Below are positions 29,874 to 41,146 of a DNA stretch of 64,000 bases, in pieces. The notes beneath the pieces were generated by a model. It was not told the origin of the DNA, did not search any database, and saw only the letters and a program-made list of their open reading frames with translations. Positions within the stretch are counted from its first letter, which is position 1, and every line of letters starts with the position of its first letter. Both the position numbers and the translations under genes were made by a program. The DNA comes from an uncultured delta proteobacterium (GTDB taxonomy: Bacteria; Desulfobacterota; Binatia; Binatales; Binataceae): the NCBI GenBank assembly GCA_963794325.1, contig CAWCDG010000004.1, positions 96,001 to 160,000 of the forward strand, given 5' to 3'.

Positions 29874-30952
29874 GGCATCAACGCTTCGCAGAGTTTGGGA
29901 AAGTCGGGGCGCATTTCAGCGAGCATCCGGCGCGCCTGTCCGAGCACATGCGGAATGTAGCGGCGGTATCCGGTCTTGCCGTTGCGCTCGAACATTTCGA
30001 AGCGTCCGATCATTTTGAGCGCGTGCTGTAAAACGCACAGGCGATAGCTGGTTATGAATTCCGCAGCGTCGAGCGCCGGAGCGCCACGGCGCGCAAGTCC
30101 GGCGCAGTAGAAGTCGAGGATGCGGCGCTCGATCGCCGGCGTGATCACTTCATCGGTGTCGCGCGTGGTCAGCAGCACGGCGAGATCCTGCGCGGCGGGC
30201 GCCATGAGCGCATCCTGAAAATCTATGATACGAATTCGCGGCCCGTTTTGATCCGATAGATTCTGGATGTACAAGTTCTCGCGATGGTAGTCGCGATGCG
30301 AGAAGACGCGCGGAAATCGATCGAGTCGCGCGGCCAGACTCGCCAGTTCGGGTGCGATCAGCGAAAGCGAAAAGTCGGCGCCCGGTGAGACGGCGGCGAG
30401 GCCGACCTCGGCGAATTCCTTGAGCTCCCATTCGAACAGGCGGCCGGTGTAGGCAATTTCGTGCGCGACACACCGAGCGTCGATTTGCGCGGTTCCGTCC
30501 ACATGGAAGCGGAGCAGTTCGGCCGCGGCCAGCCGAAAGAGATCGGCAGCGTCGGCGCCCGGGCGGCGGACCGCATCGAGCAGTGAAAGTTGACCGACGT
30601 CTTCTACCAGCATCGCGCGGCGCGCGGGATCGGCGTCGTACAATGCGGGGACTGGCGAGCCGATCGACTCGAGGAAGCGATGCACATTGAGCCACGGAGG
30701 TTCGCTGATTGGCGACGGTAGAAGATTGAGGACGCGAACGTAGCGCGGCAGGTCGTCGGGGCCCAGATCGACGAGGATGGCGGTGGCGGGCGCGTCGGTT
30801 TCGCTTTCGTGGCGCGGCGCGATAGCGACGCGCCAGAAACGGCGGGTCGAGAGATCGCCGCGCAGCGCGGCGATCCGGTCGAGGCGCGCGCGCGGCCATC
30901 GCCGCGCGATGGCCTCTGCCGCCCATGCCTGGAACGCGCCGCTGTCATCCAT
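29870..30952 (-). CDS. amgK: AmgK-like anomeric MurNAc/GlcNAc kinase (APH family)
   Basis: GDLSTRRFWR, HRDYHRENL, IIDFQDAL, LKMIGRF, GK.GY..YIP. Confidence 0.8.
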   Translation of the reverse strand: MDDSGAFQAWAAEAIARRWPRARLDRIAALRGDLSTRRFWRVAIAPRHESETDAPATAILVDLGPDDLPRYVRVLNLLPSPISEPPWLNVHRFLESIGSPVPALYDADPARRAMLVEDVGQLSLLDAVRRPGADAADLFRLAAAELLRFHVDGTAQIDARCVAHEIAYTGRLFEWELKEFAEVGLAAVSPGADFSLSLIAPELASLAARLDRFPRVFSHRDYHRENLYIQNLSDQNGPRIRIIDFQDALMAPAAQDLAVLLTTRDTDEVITPAIERRILDFYCAGLARRGAPALDAAEFITSYRLCVLQHALKMIGRFEMFERNGKTGYRRYIPHVLGQARRMLAEMRPDFPKLCEALMP

Positions 30953-31004
30953 CGGAGATGGATTCTAGCGGCGCGAGCCATGGTTGCGCGAGTACGACTC
31001 GCGC

Positions 31005-31039
31005 AACAGAAAACGGCGCGGCCATCGCTGGCCGCGCCG
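31005..31039 (-). terminator. Intrinsic terminator of the DUF1329 gene
   Basis: CGGCGCGGCCA-N4-TGGCCGCGCCG hairpin followed by TTTTCTGTT on the minus strand. Confidence 0.7.
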
Positions 31040-31069
31040 GTTCATTTCGTAGCTCGATCGCGCTGAAGA

Positions 31070-32389
31070 TCAGTCGCCGCTTATTGCGTGTCCGCCCTCG
31101 GCCGCTCGCGCCATCTGCTCCGGCGTAAACCAGTCGCGATCAACCGATCCCATGTTGATGAACCATGAATCGCGTGACGGTGCGACCATCGACGGATGAT
31201 AACAGACGGTGGAGAAGCCGCTCTGCACGTTGGTGCTCGAAGAACCGACCTGGAACTCGCGCTTGAATGGATAGATCGCGATCTTGGCGTCGGGCTCCGA
31301 CCGATCTGCGTAATGCATCCACGAGGTATAGTTGACGAACAGCTCACCGCTCCGATCGTACATGTCGTTCGCCATCACAAAGTCCGCTTCGGAATCGATG
31401 TACATAATTTCGTGATCGTAGATTGAGTTGAAGCGGCTCGGACGCGGGCGCCCCTCGATGATGAATTCATGGCGCATCTGCCAGTTGTCGGGGCAATGGC
31501 TGGCGCCGCCGTCAGTCGGACACCGAACGTCAGGCGACTTTGCGACGTTGATCGCGGCGAGCATATTTTTCTCGCCAAGCAATTTCCAATTGTAGTTCTC
31601 GTTCTTGCCGCTGAAGCCTTCGTAGTGATTCGGATCGTAAGCCTGCGCCCCGGTTGCCGTGTCGAGAATGGCGTAATTGAGGCGGCGGACGCGGCGAGCG
31701 CCGGGCGTCCAGGTCCAGCTGGCGTCCTCGATATTCGGATCGGCGTAGCGGAACTTGATCAATCCGGTTCCGCGCGCATCCTGCGGCGCGAGCACTGGAT
31801 AGAGCAGTCCAAGGAAGTAGCGGCCGGTTTTCTTGAAGTCGGGATCGATCGGCATCGGATCCACTTCGGTGCGACCGACCTCGTTGTAGCCGGCATAGTG
31901 GCCGACTTCGATATCGGTGATTTCACGAAACGGCGCGTTCTTGCCCCAGTACACGCTGTCGCAGTCGAACCAGCGCAGATCGTACTCATCGCTGGAGATC
32001 GGCCGGAATGCGACGTTCCACATCACCTTGGTTCCGGCATCCGGATCGTTTGCATCGACGATCGGGAACGGCTCGCCGGCGACGTAGCCGACCAGGCTGC
32101 GATGATCCGGAGTCAGGCGGACCTGGCTGGAATACTTCTCAGTCGCGTCCTTGTAAGGCGGCGGCCAATCGATACGCTCGGACGGCGTGACCTGGATAGT
32201 CATCCCGTGCAGCACGCGCAGGAACTGTCCCGGAGAGACGAGGTTTTTTACCTTGGACGCGTTGTCGGGCGTGATGAAGTCGCCGGGCTTCACCTGAGCC
32301 GATGCGGGCGCGTTGGAAAGCCCGACTAAAACTGCCAACGCGGTGAGGGTTAGGAGGCACCACTTTCCCAATCCGATTGCGCGATTCAT
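31070..32389 (-). CDS. DUF1329 family periplasmic protein
   Basis: AAGGAG RBS; signal peptide; G..IT..N, Y.DATEKY, G.PFP..D..DP.AG.K.MWN, W...PG.RRVRR, YDRSGEL. Confidence 0.85.
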   Translation of the reverse strand: MNRAIGLGKWCLLTLTALAVLVGLSNAPASAQVKPGDFITPDNASKVKNLVSPGQFLRVLHGMTIQVTPSERIDWPPPYKDATEKYSSQVRLTPDHRSLVGYVAGEPFPIVDANDPDAGTKVMWNVAFRPISSDEYDLRWFDCDSVYWGKNAPFREITDIEVGHYAGYNEVGRTEVDPMPIDPDFKKTGRYFLGLLYPVLAPQDARGTGLIKFRYADPNIEDASWTWTPGARRVRRLNYAILDTATGAQAYDPNHYEGFSGKNENYNWKLLGEKNMLAAINVAKSPDVRCPTDGGASHCPDNWQMRHEFIIEGRPRPSRFNSIYDHEIMYIDSEADFVMANDMYDRSGELFVNYTSWMHYADRSEPDAKIAIYPFKREFQVGSSSTNVQSGFSTVCYHPSMVAPSRDSWFINMGSVDRDWFTPEQMARAAEGGHAISGD

Positions 32390-32723
32390 GTTGGCTCCTT
32401 CTTTCGACAAGTGATTTTGCCGTCGTCTGGAAATAATCCGCTACAATCTCTATCTACCTACATTTGGTCATTAGTCGTACTGCTCCCAGTCGTCAATAGC
32501 AATAATACTCGGAAAGATTGAGTCGGATAATTACCTTGATTACATGACAAGTTCCGGGCCATGACTCGAATCGGGCAGACGGTCAAGATATTGGAGCACA
32601 AACATTCAGGCTGGCTGAGCAGGGGAAACTAATGCTGATTACCGCGGAGAATCGATGATCGTTCCAAAAGACGCGCTCATCGGGTATGGATATTGAGATA
32701 AGAAGATCTTGTAGGAATTGGCA

Positions 32724-33077
32724 ATGACGACCTGGTTTCCCGTCGCTGTGACAGTGATCGTTGCCGGCTTGATTGTCGGCGTCATGTGCACGATCAACAT
32801 GCTGGTCGGGCCCAAGCGCCCCAGCGAGATAAAGGGCGAGGCTTTCGAATGCGGCAATCCGCCGAGCGGATCGGCGTTTGGGCGGTTCTCGGTGCGGTTC
32901 TACCTGACGGCGATTCTGTTTCTGCTGTTCGACGTCGAAGTGATTTTTCTGTATCCGTGGGCGGTCGAGTTGCGGCACCTGGGAATGTTCGGCTTCGTCG
33001 AGGCACTGATCTTCATCGCGATCCTCGGCGTCGGGCTGCTGTACGCATGGCAGCGCGGCGCGCTCGACTGGGACTAG
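32724..33077 (+). CDS. nuoA: NADH-quinone oxidoreductase subunit A
   Basis: K...FECG, RFSVRFYL.AILFLLFDVE..FLYPWA, GALDW. Confidence 0.95.
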   Translation: MTTWFPVAVTVIVAGLIVGVMCTINMLVGPKRPSEIKGEAFECGNPPSGSAFGRFSVRFYLTAILFLLFDVEVIFLYPWAVELRHLGMFGFVEALIFIAILGVGLLYAWQRGALDWD

Positions 33078-33083
33078 CAATCG

Positions 33084-33584
33084 ATGTTGACGGAAAAACT
33101 TAAAGAACGCTTCGGCGACCAGATTCTCAGCGCGCAAAACGAGCGCGACGAAGAAACTTTCACAATCGATCTCGAAGGCGCCTACGATTTTTTTCGCGCG
33201 CTGCGCGACGATCCGGATTTCCAATTCAATTTCCTCACCGATTTGACCGCCGTCGATTGGCTGGAGCGCAAGCCGCGCTTCGACGTCGTCTATCAGCTCA
33301 ACTCGCTCACCCTCGCCCATCGCATCCGCGTCAAGATTGCGGTGGACGCACCCGAGCCGTGGGTCCACAGCGTAGTGGGTGTGTGGGGTGCGGCGGACTG
33401 GCTCGAGCGCGAATGCTTCGACATGTTCGGAATCGTGTTCAAGGGGCATCCCGACTTGCGGCGTATCCTGATGTACGATTCGTTCGAGGGACACCCGCTG
33501 CGCAAGGACTACCTGTACAACAAGCGCCAGCCGATCGTCCCGGAAATAGATCCGGTCGTGAATCCGATTCGCTCGTCGCGCTAG
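33084..33584 (+). CDS. nuoC: NADH-quinone oxidoreductase subunit C
   Basis: A.WLERE.FDMFGI.F.GHPDLRRILM...FEGHPLRKDY. Confidence 0.95.
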   Translation: MLTEKLKERFGDQILSAQNERDEETFTIDLEGAYDFFRALRDDPDFQFNFLTDLTAVDWLERKPRFDVVYQLNSLTLAHRIRVKIAVDAPEPWVHSVVGVWGAADWLERECFDMFGIVFKGHPDLRRILMYDSFEGHPLRKDYLYNKRQPIVPEIDPVVNPIRSSR

Positions 33585-33604
33585 AACTCGACGCGATTAA
33601 AACG

Positions 33605-34819
33605 ATGGCACTACCAGCGCGCTGGAAAAACAAGATCGTCCCGTCGGATCCGTCCGAGGAGATCATGGAACTGCAGATGGGGCCGTCGCATCCGGCGTCG
33701 CACGGCACCATCAAGTTCAATCTCAAGCTCGACGGCGAGCAGATCGTCGATTGCGACGTCGAGGTCGGCTTCCTGCATCGCGGATTCGAAAAGATGTGCG
33801 AGCAGGGAACCTGGACGCAATGCTTCCCTTACACCGACCGGCTGAATTATGCGTCGCCGTGTATCAACAACGTCGGCTTCGCGCTCGCGGTCGAGCGCCT
33901 GCTTGGCATCGACACGACTGAGCGATGCAAGTATGTGCGCATGATCATGAGCGAAGTCGCGCGCATCGCGGATCACCTGACCTGCCTCGGGATGGCGTCG
34001 AGCGAAGTCGGCGCGACGACCGTCGCGTTCTACATGCTCGAGGCGCGCGAGTTTTTGTACGACCTGATCGAAGCGGTGACCGGTGCGCGATTGACCGTCA
34101 CCTGGTGCCGCGTCGGTGGCATGACGCATGACCTGCCCGCGGATTTCAACGATCGGATGAAGGCGTCGTTCGCGCGGCTTGACCAGGTTCTCAGCGATTG
34201 CGACAAGCTGCTCTCGCGCAACCGCGTATTCATCGACCGGATGGCAGGCGTCGGGAAATTCCCGAAGGAAGAGGCCATCTCGTACGGGTTGACGGGTCCG
34301 CTGCTGCGCGCGGCCGGCGTGTCGTACGACGTCCGCAAGGCGCATCCGTACCTGGTGTACGACCGGATGCAGTTCGAAGTGCCGCTGGGCGATCGCGGCG
34401 ACAACTACGATCGCTTCAACGTGCGCTTCCAGGAGATGTACCAGTCCAAACGGATCATCGAGCAGGCGATCGCGACGCTGCCCGAAGGTCCCGTCACGAT
34501 CACCGATCCCAAGGTCGTGCTGCCCGACAAGGAAAAAGTTTACAACTCGATCGAAGGCCTGATGAATCACTTCAAGCTGATCATGGAGGGCATCCACGTG
34601 CCCGCCGGCGAAGTGTACCAGGCGGTCGAGGGCGGCAACGGCGAGTTGGGATTTTACATCGTGAGCGACGGCAGCGGGCGGCCGTATCGCGTGCGCGTGC
34701 GGCCGCCGTGCTTTCTCGGAATGGGTGCGCTCAACAAGATGCTGATAGGACGCATGATCCCGGACATCATCACGACCTTCGGCATGATCAACATGATCGG
34801 CGGCGAGTGCGATCGCTAG
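33605..34819 (+). CDS. nuoD: NADH-quinone oxidoreductase subunit D
   Basis: MGPSHPASHG, G.LHRG.EK, DRLNY, C-terminal GECDR; start ATG 33605. Confidence 0.95.
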   Translation: MALPARWKNKIVPSDPSEEIMELQMGPSHPASHGTIKFNLKLDGEQIVDCDVEVGFLHRGFEKMCEQGTWTQCFPYTDRLNYASPCINNVGFALAVERLLGIDTTERCKYVRMIMSEVARIADHLTCLGMASSEVGATTVAFYMLEAREFLYDLIEAVTGARLTVTWCRVGGMTHDLPADFNDRMKASFARLDQVLSDCDKLLSRNRVFIDRMAGVGKFPKEEAISYGLTGPLLRAAGVSYDVRKAHPYLVYDRMQFEVPLGDRGDNYDRFNVRFQEMYQSKRIIEQAIATLPEGPVTITDPKVVLPDKEKVYNSIEGLMNHFKLIMEGIHVPAGEVYQAVEGGNGELGFYIVSDGSGRPYRVRVRPPCFLGMGALNKMLIGRMIPDIITTFGMINMIGGECDR

Positions 34820-37189
34820 CGCCGCGTCACCTGCTCGCCGCCAATCGCAAACGTCTTCCTCACCAGCGTCGTAGAATCGAAGAACAGAAACGGCGTCGGC
34901 ATCGTGTCAGGCGGTCGCGGCCTGATTGCGAATCCTCGCGTATCCGGCAATCCGTCGGTCTGATCTATTACCGTCACGACGAACGGCGCGGGCGTCGCGA
35001 GCTTGAGAGTGAGATCGAATCCGGTCGCCGGCGCGCGCCAGTACCATCCGCTCCATCCGTCGGTGATGCGATGTGCCGCTGACTTGCCGTCGATCGACGC
35101 GCCGAGCACCGTCACGCCGACCGGCACTGACATCCAGGTAATCGAAGCTTTGCGCGCCGACGCGATATGCATCTTCACCGTACGCTCGCCGGAGATCGTC
35201 GAGTCATCGAGCACTTTGAGCTCAGGCCGCGGCGCGTTGATAAGAGGCGCGTCGCCCTCGGTCGTTCGGCCGCGATTCAGAGATGCGAAATCGCCCGAGA
35301 TTCGCAGGAGATTGCTCTCCGGCGTTTCTGCGGTCGCGAGCCCGGCGAGTTTCGCCAGCCATCCGCCATGCACATGATGCTGGAAAAATTGCGACGGTGA
35401 AAGTGTCGGGTCGCGAATCCAGGCTGACCCATCGCGCACGCCCGCGATCCGAATCGAGAAAATAAAAGATACTGTCGGGATGCGGGTGCGTAGCGTCGAA
35501 GTTACTGGCAGCGTTGCCCTTGATGATCATCGCGAGCGCAAGCAAACCGAGCGCGCCGGGCACGATCCATCGCCGTCCAGCGGTTAGAAAATCGATGTAG
35601 GGGATATACAAGCCGAAAAGCGTGACAGCGGCCAAACCGCCAGATATGAGGAAATGCGTTGTGCCGTCGGCGCTCGCGGCGAATGATGGCGCAAGCCTCA
35701 TGGTTGGAAGCGTCACTGCAACCAGCGTGAGAATTGTGCGCCGGATCGTAAGACGATCGCCGGTCGCACTTGTGCGATAGCCGATTGCGAGCGTCGCGAG
35801 GAGGAGCGGCCACCAGAAAGTATGCCTGGCGGCAGGCAGCGAAATCGTCGTTGTGATCGTGGTGGCTGCCAAAACGACGAGCGCGCCTACTCCCAAATTT
35901 CGCAAATCAACGCGTCGATCAATCTGCTCGTACGCCGCCCACAACATGCCAAACATCAGCGCGTTAGCAGCAACCGAATAGTAGAACCCGCCGTAGGTCG
36001 TGCCGATCGGCAGCATTCGCCATCCAGCGAGCATAGCGGTCAGCCGCCAGACAGCGTACGCCGTGACGATCGATGCTGCGATTGCAATCGCATAGATCGC
36101 AAATCCGGCAACGATACCGCCGATGGTAAACTGCCCGTCGCGGATTCCAAACCAGATCACCCCGAGCAGGAGGATCGGCACGAGGACCGCTAACGGGAGC
36201 ACCAGCCGCTTCAAGTAGTAGCTCAGTGATCCGGACGGCACGTAGGAAGCAGCGCCTCCGGCGGCCGGGAGACCGGCCAGATCAATCGTACCGAACCCGC
36301 GTGCCATCGAGAGAGCATACTTCCCCTGATCCTGCAGCGAGCGCTGGTCGAGTAAATCGACGTTGTCGAGGTTGGTGTGATAACGCGTAATTCCTCGGAT
36401 AGCCCCGAAAGTGATCCCGTCAATTCCGGCGTCGAGAAAAACATTCAAATCGGTCTCGCCCGATATCGTCCGATCCAACGACTCTGCGAAGGAGCTCTTC
36501 GGCGCGATTGGTCCTTTGGCCGCGAGCCATGAATTGTCCGATTTGGTTTGGAACATTACAGATGGACCGTAGTCGCCACGCATTTCTAAATTCAGTACGA
36601 GCTTGATCTTTTGAAGCGCTGGGGAAGTTTCGACGAAACCCTGCGCGCCGAGCTGCCCTAGCTCCTCGCCATCACTGAACAGAACGATAAGATTGTTACG
36701 AAGCACGCGATTGACCTTGAGAGCGCGGATCGTTTCGAGGATCGCCGCGACCGATGCGGCGTTGTCGCCAGCGCCGGGACTACTGGGCACCGAGTCGTAA
36801 TGCGCGACTATCAGCACCGCGCCGGTCGGGTGCGTCCCGGGAATCTTCGCGACGACGTTGTTCACGACGGCCCACGTGTCCGGGCCAAACGGAGTATGGC
36901 GCGCGACAGTCGTCGTTTGAACTTCGGGATTCACGCCGAGTTCTCGCAAGCGCCCGACGAGATACTCGCGGACCCGATCGTTTTCGGCTGAGCCGAGCGG
37001 ATGCGGCGCTTTCGCGATCTCCCGCACATCGCGCATCGCGCGGGCCGCGGAGAATTCTGTCGCGGGCGCATTCGCGTCGAGGGCAGCCGGCGGCTCGATG
37101 CTGTGGATTGCGAAAAATCCGATCAGAATCAGCAGGGCAAATGTGATTGGACCGGCGACACTGTCCGGGATGCGCGGTTCGTCGGTCAA
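34816..37189 (-). CDS. Membrane-bound M28 family peptidase; frameshift near 35396
   Basis: FSAARA, AHYDSV..SPGAGDN, DGEELG, YHT..D, multiple TMs; C-terminus continues in ORF 34816..35439; start at TTG 37189 is a guess from the RBS. Confidence 0.82.
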
Positions 37190-37305
37190 ATCAGGACTTC
37201 CTTGAACGTACCAGGGCCACTTATACGCGGATGCGGTCGCGACGAACAACGCGTACGCTCTTTGCGGCGCCGGTCCGCGTCGTTATCATCGAGCGTAGTC
37301 TCGAA

Positions 37306-38385
37306 ATGCCCTCTCTCGAAGCCATCGCCCCGCAAATCGTGCCACCGCCGCGTCGTGTGTTGATCGTGCTGATGGGCGCGATCGGCGACGTTGTGCGCGC
37401 GCTGCCTTTGCTCGGGCGCATGCGCAGTGCGTGGCCCGACGCGCACATCGCGTGGGCGGTGGAACCCAAGTCGAGGGCAGTACTCGAACATCATCGATGG
37501 CTCGATGAAGTCATCGTGTACGATCGCGCTCACGCGCCTTGGACGTTCATTCCGTTTTTGCGGCGGATTCGCAAAGGTCATTTCGATTTGGTCATCGATC
37601 TGCAGCGTCATCTCAAGAGCGGATTCACGTCGCGAATCTCGGGCGCGCGCGATCGTTTCGGTTTCGATGCGGCGAACACCAAAGAATTCAACCATCGTTT
37701 TTCGAATCATCGGATCGCGCCGCAGCCGAACATGCGTCTGAAGTTGATGCAGTACCAGGCGTTTGGCGATGCGCTCGGCGTTGCGCAATCGCCAATCGAA
37801 TTCGGACTTGCCGCGACCGACGACGAACGCGCCCGCGCCCTCGAGATGCTGCGCGATGCGCCGCGTCCTCTGTTTGCCGTGATTCTCGGTTCGTCGTGGC
37901 CGAGCAGAATCTATTTTCCCGAATCGACCGCCGCGGTGATTCGAAGACTCGCGCAGGCCGACGGCGACAGTCCAGCGCTGTTTCCGGTGTTGCTCGGCGG
38001 TCCCGACGAGACCAATCTCGCAGGCGAAGTGATGCGCCATCTCGACGGCGTGCCCGCGCTGAATCTGGCAGGACGTACCTCGCTGCGTGATCTGATCGCA
38101 ATCTTCCCGGAATGCGCCGTCGCTTTCGGACCCGACTCGGGCCCGATGCATATCGCGGCCGCCGTGGGATGCCCGGTGGTATCGCTGTGGGGCGCCACCG
38201 CCGCCGAGCGATCCGCGCCGTGGGGTTTTGCCGGGTTGGCAATCAGCGGCGAGATTCCGTGCCATCCCTGCTATCTTCGTAAATGCCCAATCGGGCGCGA
38301 ATGCATGCGGCGAATATCTCCTGAAGAAGTCGGCGTCACGGTTAGACGCGCGCTTGCGATGCCGCGAGCCGGAGCGGCTCGATGA
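37306..38385 (+). CDS. Glycosyltransferase family 9 (LPS heptosyltransferase)
   Basis: GAIGDVV, DLVIDLQ, DSGPMHIAAA, C.PC..RKC.....CM. Confidence 0.92.
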   Translation: MPSLEAIAPQIVPPPRRVLIVLMGAIGDVVRALPLLGRMRSAWPDAHIAWAVEPKSRAVLEHHRWLDEVIVYDRAHAPWTFIPFLRRIRKGHFDLVIDLQRHLKSGFTSRISGARDRFGFDAANTKEFNHRFSNHRIAPQPNMRLKLMQYQAFGDALGVAQSPIEFGLAATDDERARALEMLRDAPRPLFAVILGSSWPSRIYFPESTAAVIRRLAQADGDSPALFPVLLGGPDETNLAGEVMRHLDGVPALNLAGRTSLRDLIAIFPECAVAFGPDSGPMHIAAAVGCPVVSLWGATAAERSAPWGFAGLAISGEIPCHPCYLRKCPIGRECMRRISPEEVGVTVRRALAMPRAGAAR

Positions 38386-39252
38386 GTCTCTGGATGGCAG
38401 GTTTTGACGGGGTGCCGCTGACGCGTGGCGGATGGACTTTTTTTCTGCCCGACTACGACGCGCGATATTCAGAAGAGCTTCGCGAGGAGCTGATCGACTC
38501 CGCGTTCGCCGCAATCGACGGCACGCTGGCTACTCGCGTGCGGCGCTCGCGTCACGCCGAGACGTGGTCCAATCGTTTCGAACATGCGGGCGGTCCGCAG
38601 GCCTACTTCAAAGTGCTCGACCCAATCCGCGGTTTGAGTCGAGTCAGGTGGATATTCAAGCGCAGACGCGCGGCGCACGTCGCGTCAGTCTCGGAGCATC
38701 TGCGGGCGGACGGGATCGAAGTTGCGGAAATTCTGCTGCTTGGTGCGGAACGACGCGGCGGCCGCGAGATAATCGTGACCTCGCGGATCGACGGATTTAA
38801 CCTCGTGCGTCATTTGAAGCGTGCGACGGCTTGCGTCCAGGCGCGTCGTTTTGCGTGCGCTCGGCGCGGAAGTCGCGCGGATGCATCACGCGGGATACAT
38901 CCACGGCGACCTGACTCCGTACAACATTTTCGTAACGGGAATCGATCCGCCGAAATTTGTTTTCATCGATCATGAGCGCACGCGGCGCACGATACTCAGC
39001 CGTTTCGAGCGGCCGCGGATGCGCAACCTGGTTCAACTGGGGCATCTAAACGTCGGCGGCGTGACGAATACAGATCGGATGCGCGTGTGGTGCGGCTACT
39101 CCGCCGCGTTTTCCACGCGACACCGGCGTGCGGCGCGTCGGCGCATTGCCGCGATGTTAGCGGCAAGAATTTCGCTCGAACGCAAACCGGGCTCGGCGAC
39201 AGCCAACCCATCATCGTCGCTTGAGCAGCATCCGGAGGCGAGTAGCAGCTGA
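38382..39252 (+). CDS. LPS kinase (Kdo/WaaP/InaA family); frameshift near 38828
   Basis: YFK, HGDL..YNI, FIDHER; the two ORFs join on removing one G. Confidence 0.78.
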
Positions 39253-39944
39253 TGTCGGAGCGGACCAAAATTTCAGTGGTGATTCCGGTTTACAACGAGG
39301 CCGCGACCATCGGCCGCGTGATCGAGCGGGTGCTGGATTGCGGCATGGACCCCGAGGTCATCGTGGTTGACGACGCTTCGACCGACGGCACCGGAAAGTT
39401 TCTGCGCGAGTTCAACCATCCGCAGGTTCGAAGCTTTTTTCACAGCGTGAATCGCGGCAAAGGCGCTGCGCTGCGGCTCGGATTTGCGGCGGCCACGAAT
39501 CCTTACGTATTCGTGCAGGATGCCGACCTCGAATACGATCCGCGCGACTATTCCGCGATGATCGGGCCAATGCTCGACGGCCGCGCCGACATGGTTTACG
39601 GATCGCGCTTCCTCTCCGGGCCGCATCGCGTCATGTTCTTTTGGCATTACGTGGCGAACCGCGCGGTGACGCTGCTCTCCGACATGGTCAGCGATCTGAA
39701 TCTGACCGATATGGAAACCGGGATGAAGGGCTTCGTGCGCGAGAAGCTGATGACCCTCAAATTGAACGCGAACCGTTTCACTTTTGAACCGGAGATCACG
39801 GCCAAAGCGGCGCGGGCTCGATGGCGAATCTTCGAAGTGCCGGTGTCGTATTCCGGACGGACCTATGAAGAGGGAAAGAAAATCGGCATTCGCGACGCTC
39901 TAACGGCGGTGTGCGCGATTCTCTATTACAGATTTTTCGATTGA
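39252..39944 (+). CDS. Glycosyltransferase family 2 (DPM synthase-like)
   Basis: VIPVYNE, VDDASTDGT, NRGKG, QDADLEYDP, RTYEEGKKI. Confidence 0.93.
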   Translation: MSERTKISVVIPVYNEAATIGRVIERVLDCGMDPEVIVVDDASTDGTGKFLREFNHPQVRSFFHSVNRGKGAALRLGFAAATNPYVFVQDADLEYDPRDYSAMIGPMLDGRADMVYGSRFLSGPHRVMFFWHYVANRAVTLLSDMVSDLNLTDMETGMKGFVREKLMTLKLNANRFTFEPEITAKAARARWRIFEVPVSYSGRTYEEGKKIGIRDALTAVCAILYYRFFD

Positions 39945-39961
39945 CGGATCCGAATTTTGAG

Positions 39962-41146
39962 ATGACGCAGACCGTTCGACGTGACGACGTGAACCAAGTG
40001 ACTGCCGAGAGCAAAACGGCCGAGGCTCAACTGCTGAGCGTGGTGGGCGTCGATCCTGAGCTTGGCTTCGGCGGGGGCGAGACGCAAGTGCTTGGATTGA
40101 CCAAGGCGCTGGCCGGCAGCGGTCATCGCGCAGAGTTGATTTGCGATCCCGCGGGACGGCTCTGGGAGCGAGCGGCCGCCGAGGGAATCCGATGCCATCC
40201 GCTGCACATCCGCAACGCGATCGACCTGGCGGCGGGGGTCAAGCTGCGCGCGATCCTGAAACGCGAACGCTACGACGTCGTTCATTTTCACACTTCGCGC
40301 GCGCATTCGATGGCGCCGTTCGCGCGCGGATTCGCAAGCACGCTGGTGGTGACGCGGCGGATGGACTACCGGCCCAATCGAGTGTTCGCTCCGCTTCTGT
40401 TCAATCGCGCAGTAGATGGCGTCATCGCGATCTCCGGCGGCGTTGCCGATTCGCTGGCGGCCGCGGGTGTCGATCGTAAGCGCGTCGCTGTCGTTCATAG
40501 CGGCGTGGATTGCGGCCATTTTCGCCCGCCAACGATCGCGGAACGAGCAGATGCACGCGGCGCTCTCGGAATTTCGGATGGCGAGATTGTTATATCGGCG
40601 GTCGGCGCACTCGAGCAGCGCAAGGGCCATCGCTATCTTATCGAAGCTGTCGGAGGGCCCGCGGCAACCGGGAAGTTCAAGTGTTTTATCGCTGGTCAGG
40701 GTGCGATTGGTAGAATTCTGCAAGACGAGATCGCGGTCCTTCGACGCCTCGATCGCATAAAGCTGTTGGGCAGAGTCGACGACCTGCGCCAGCTGCTGTG
40801 GGCGTCGGATATATTTGTAATGCCGTCGCTGAAAGAAGGACTCGGTGTGGCCGCTCTGGAAGCCATGGCGAGCGGGCTTCCCGTGATTGCGAGCGATGTT
40901 GGCGGCCTGCGCGAAGTAGTCGAAGATGATCGCACGGGAATCATTGTGCCGCCGGCCAATGCCGCGGCAATCGCATCGGCGATTCTACGATTGGCAGAAG
41001 AGGCCGCGTTGAGAACTAAGATGGGCGCGGCGGCGCGAGCGCGCGTCGTGGAGAATTACTCGATGGAGAAAATGGCGGCGCGGACGCTCGCACTCTATCG
41101 CGAGTATGTGAGAAAAACGCGGGAGGGAAGGGCCGCAGCGACATGA
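39962..41146 (+). CDS. Glycosyltransferase family 4
   Basis: GGGETQ, KGH, PSL.EGLGVAALEAMA.G.PV; start uncertain. Confidence 0.92.
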   Translation: MTQTVRRDDVNQVTAESKTAEAQLLSVVGVDPELGFGGGETQVLGLTKALAGSGHRAELICDPAGRLWERAAAEGIRCHPLHIRNAIDLAAGVKLRAILKRERYDVVHFHTSRAHSMAPFARGFASTLVVTRRMDYRPNRVFAPLLFNRAVDGVIAISGGVADSLAAAGVDRKRVAVVHSGVDCGHFRPPTIAERADARGALGISDGEIVISAVGALEQRKGHRYLIEAVGGPAATGKFKCFIAGQGAIGRILQDEIAVLRRLDRIKLLGRVDDLRQLLWASDIFVMPSLKEGLGVAALEAMASGLPVIASDVGGLREVVEDDRTGIIVPPANAAAIASAILRLAEEAALRTKMGAAARARVVENYSMEKMAARTLALYREYVRKTREGRAAAT

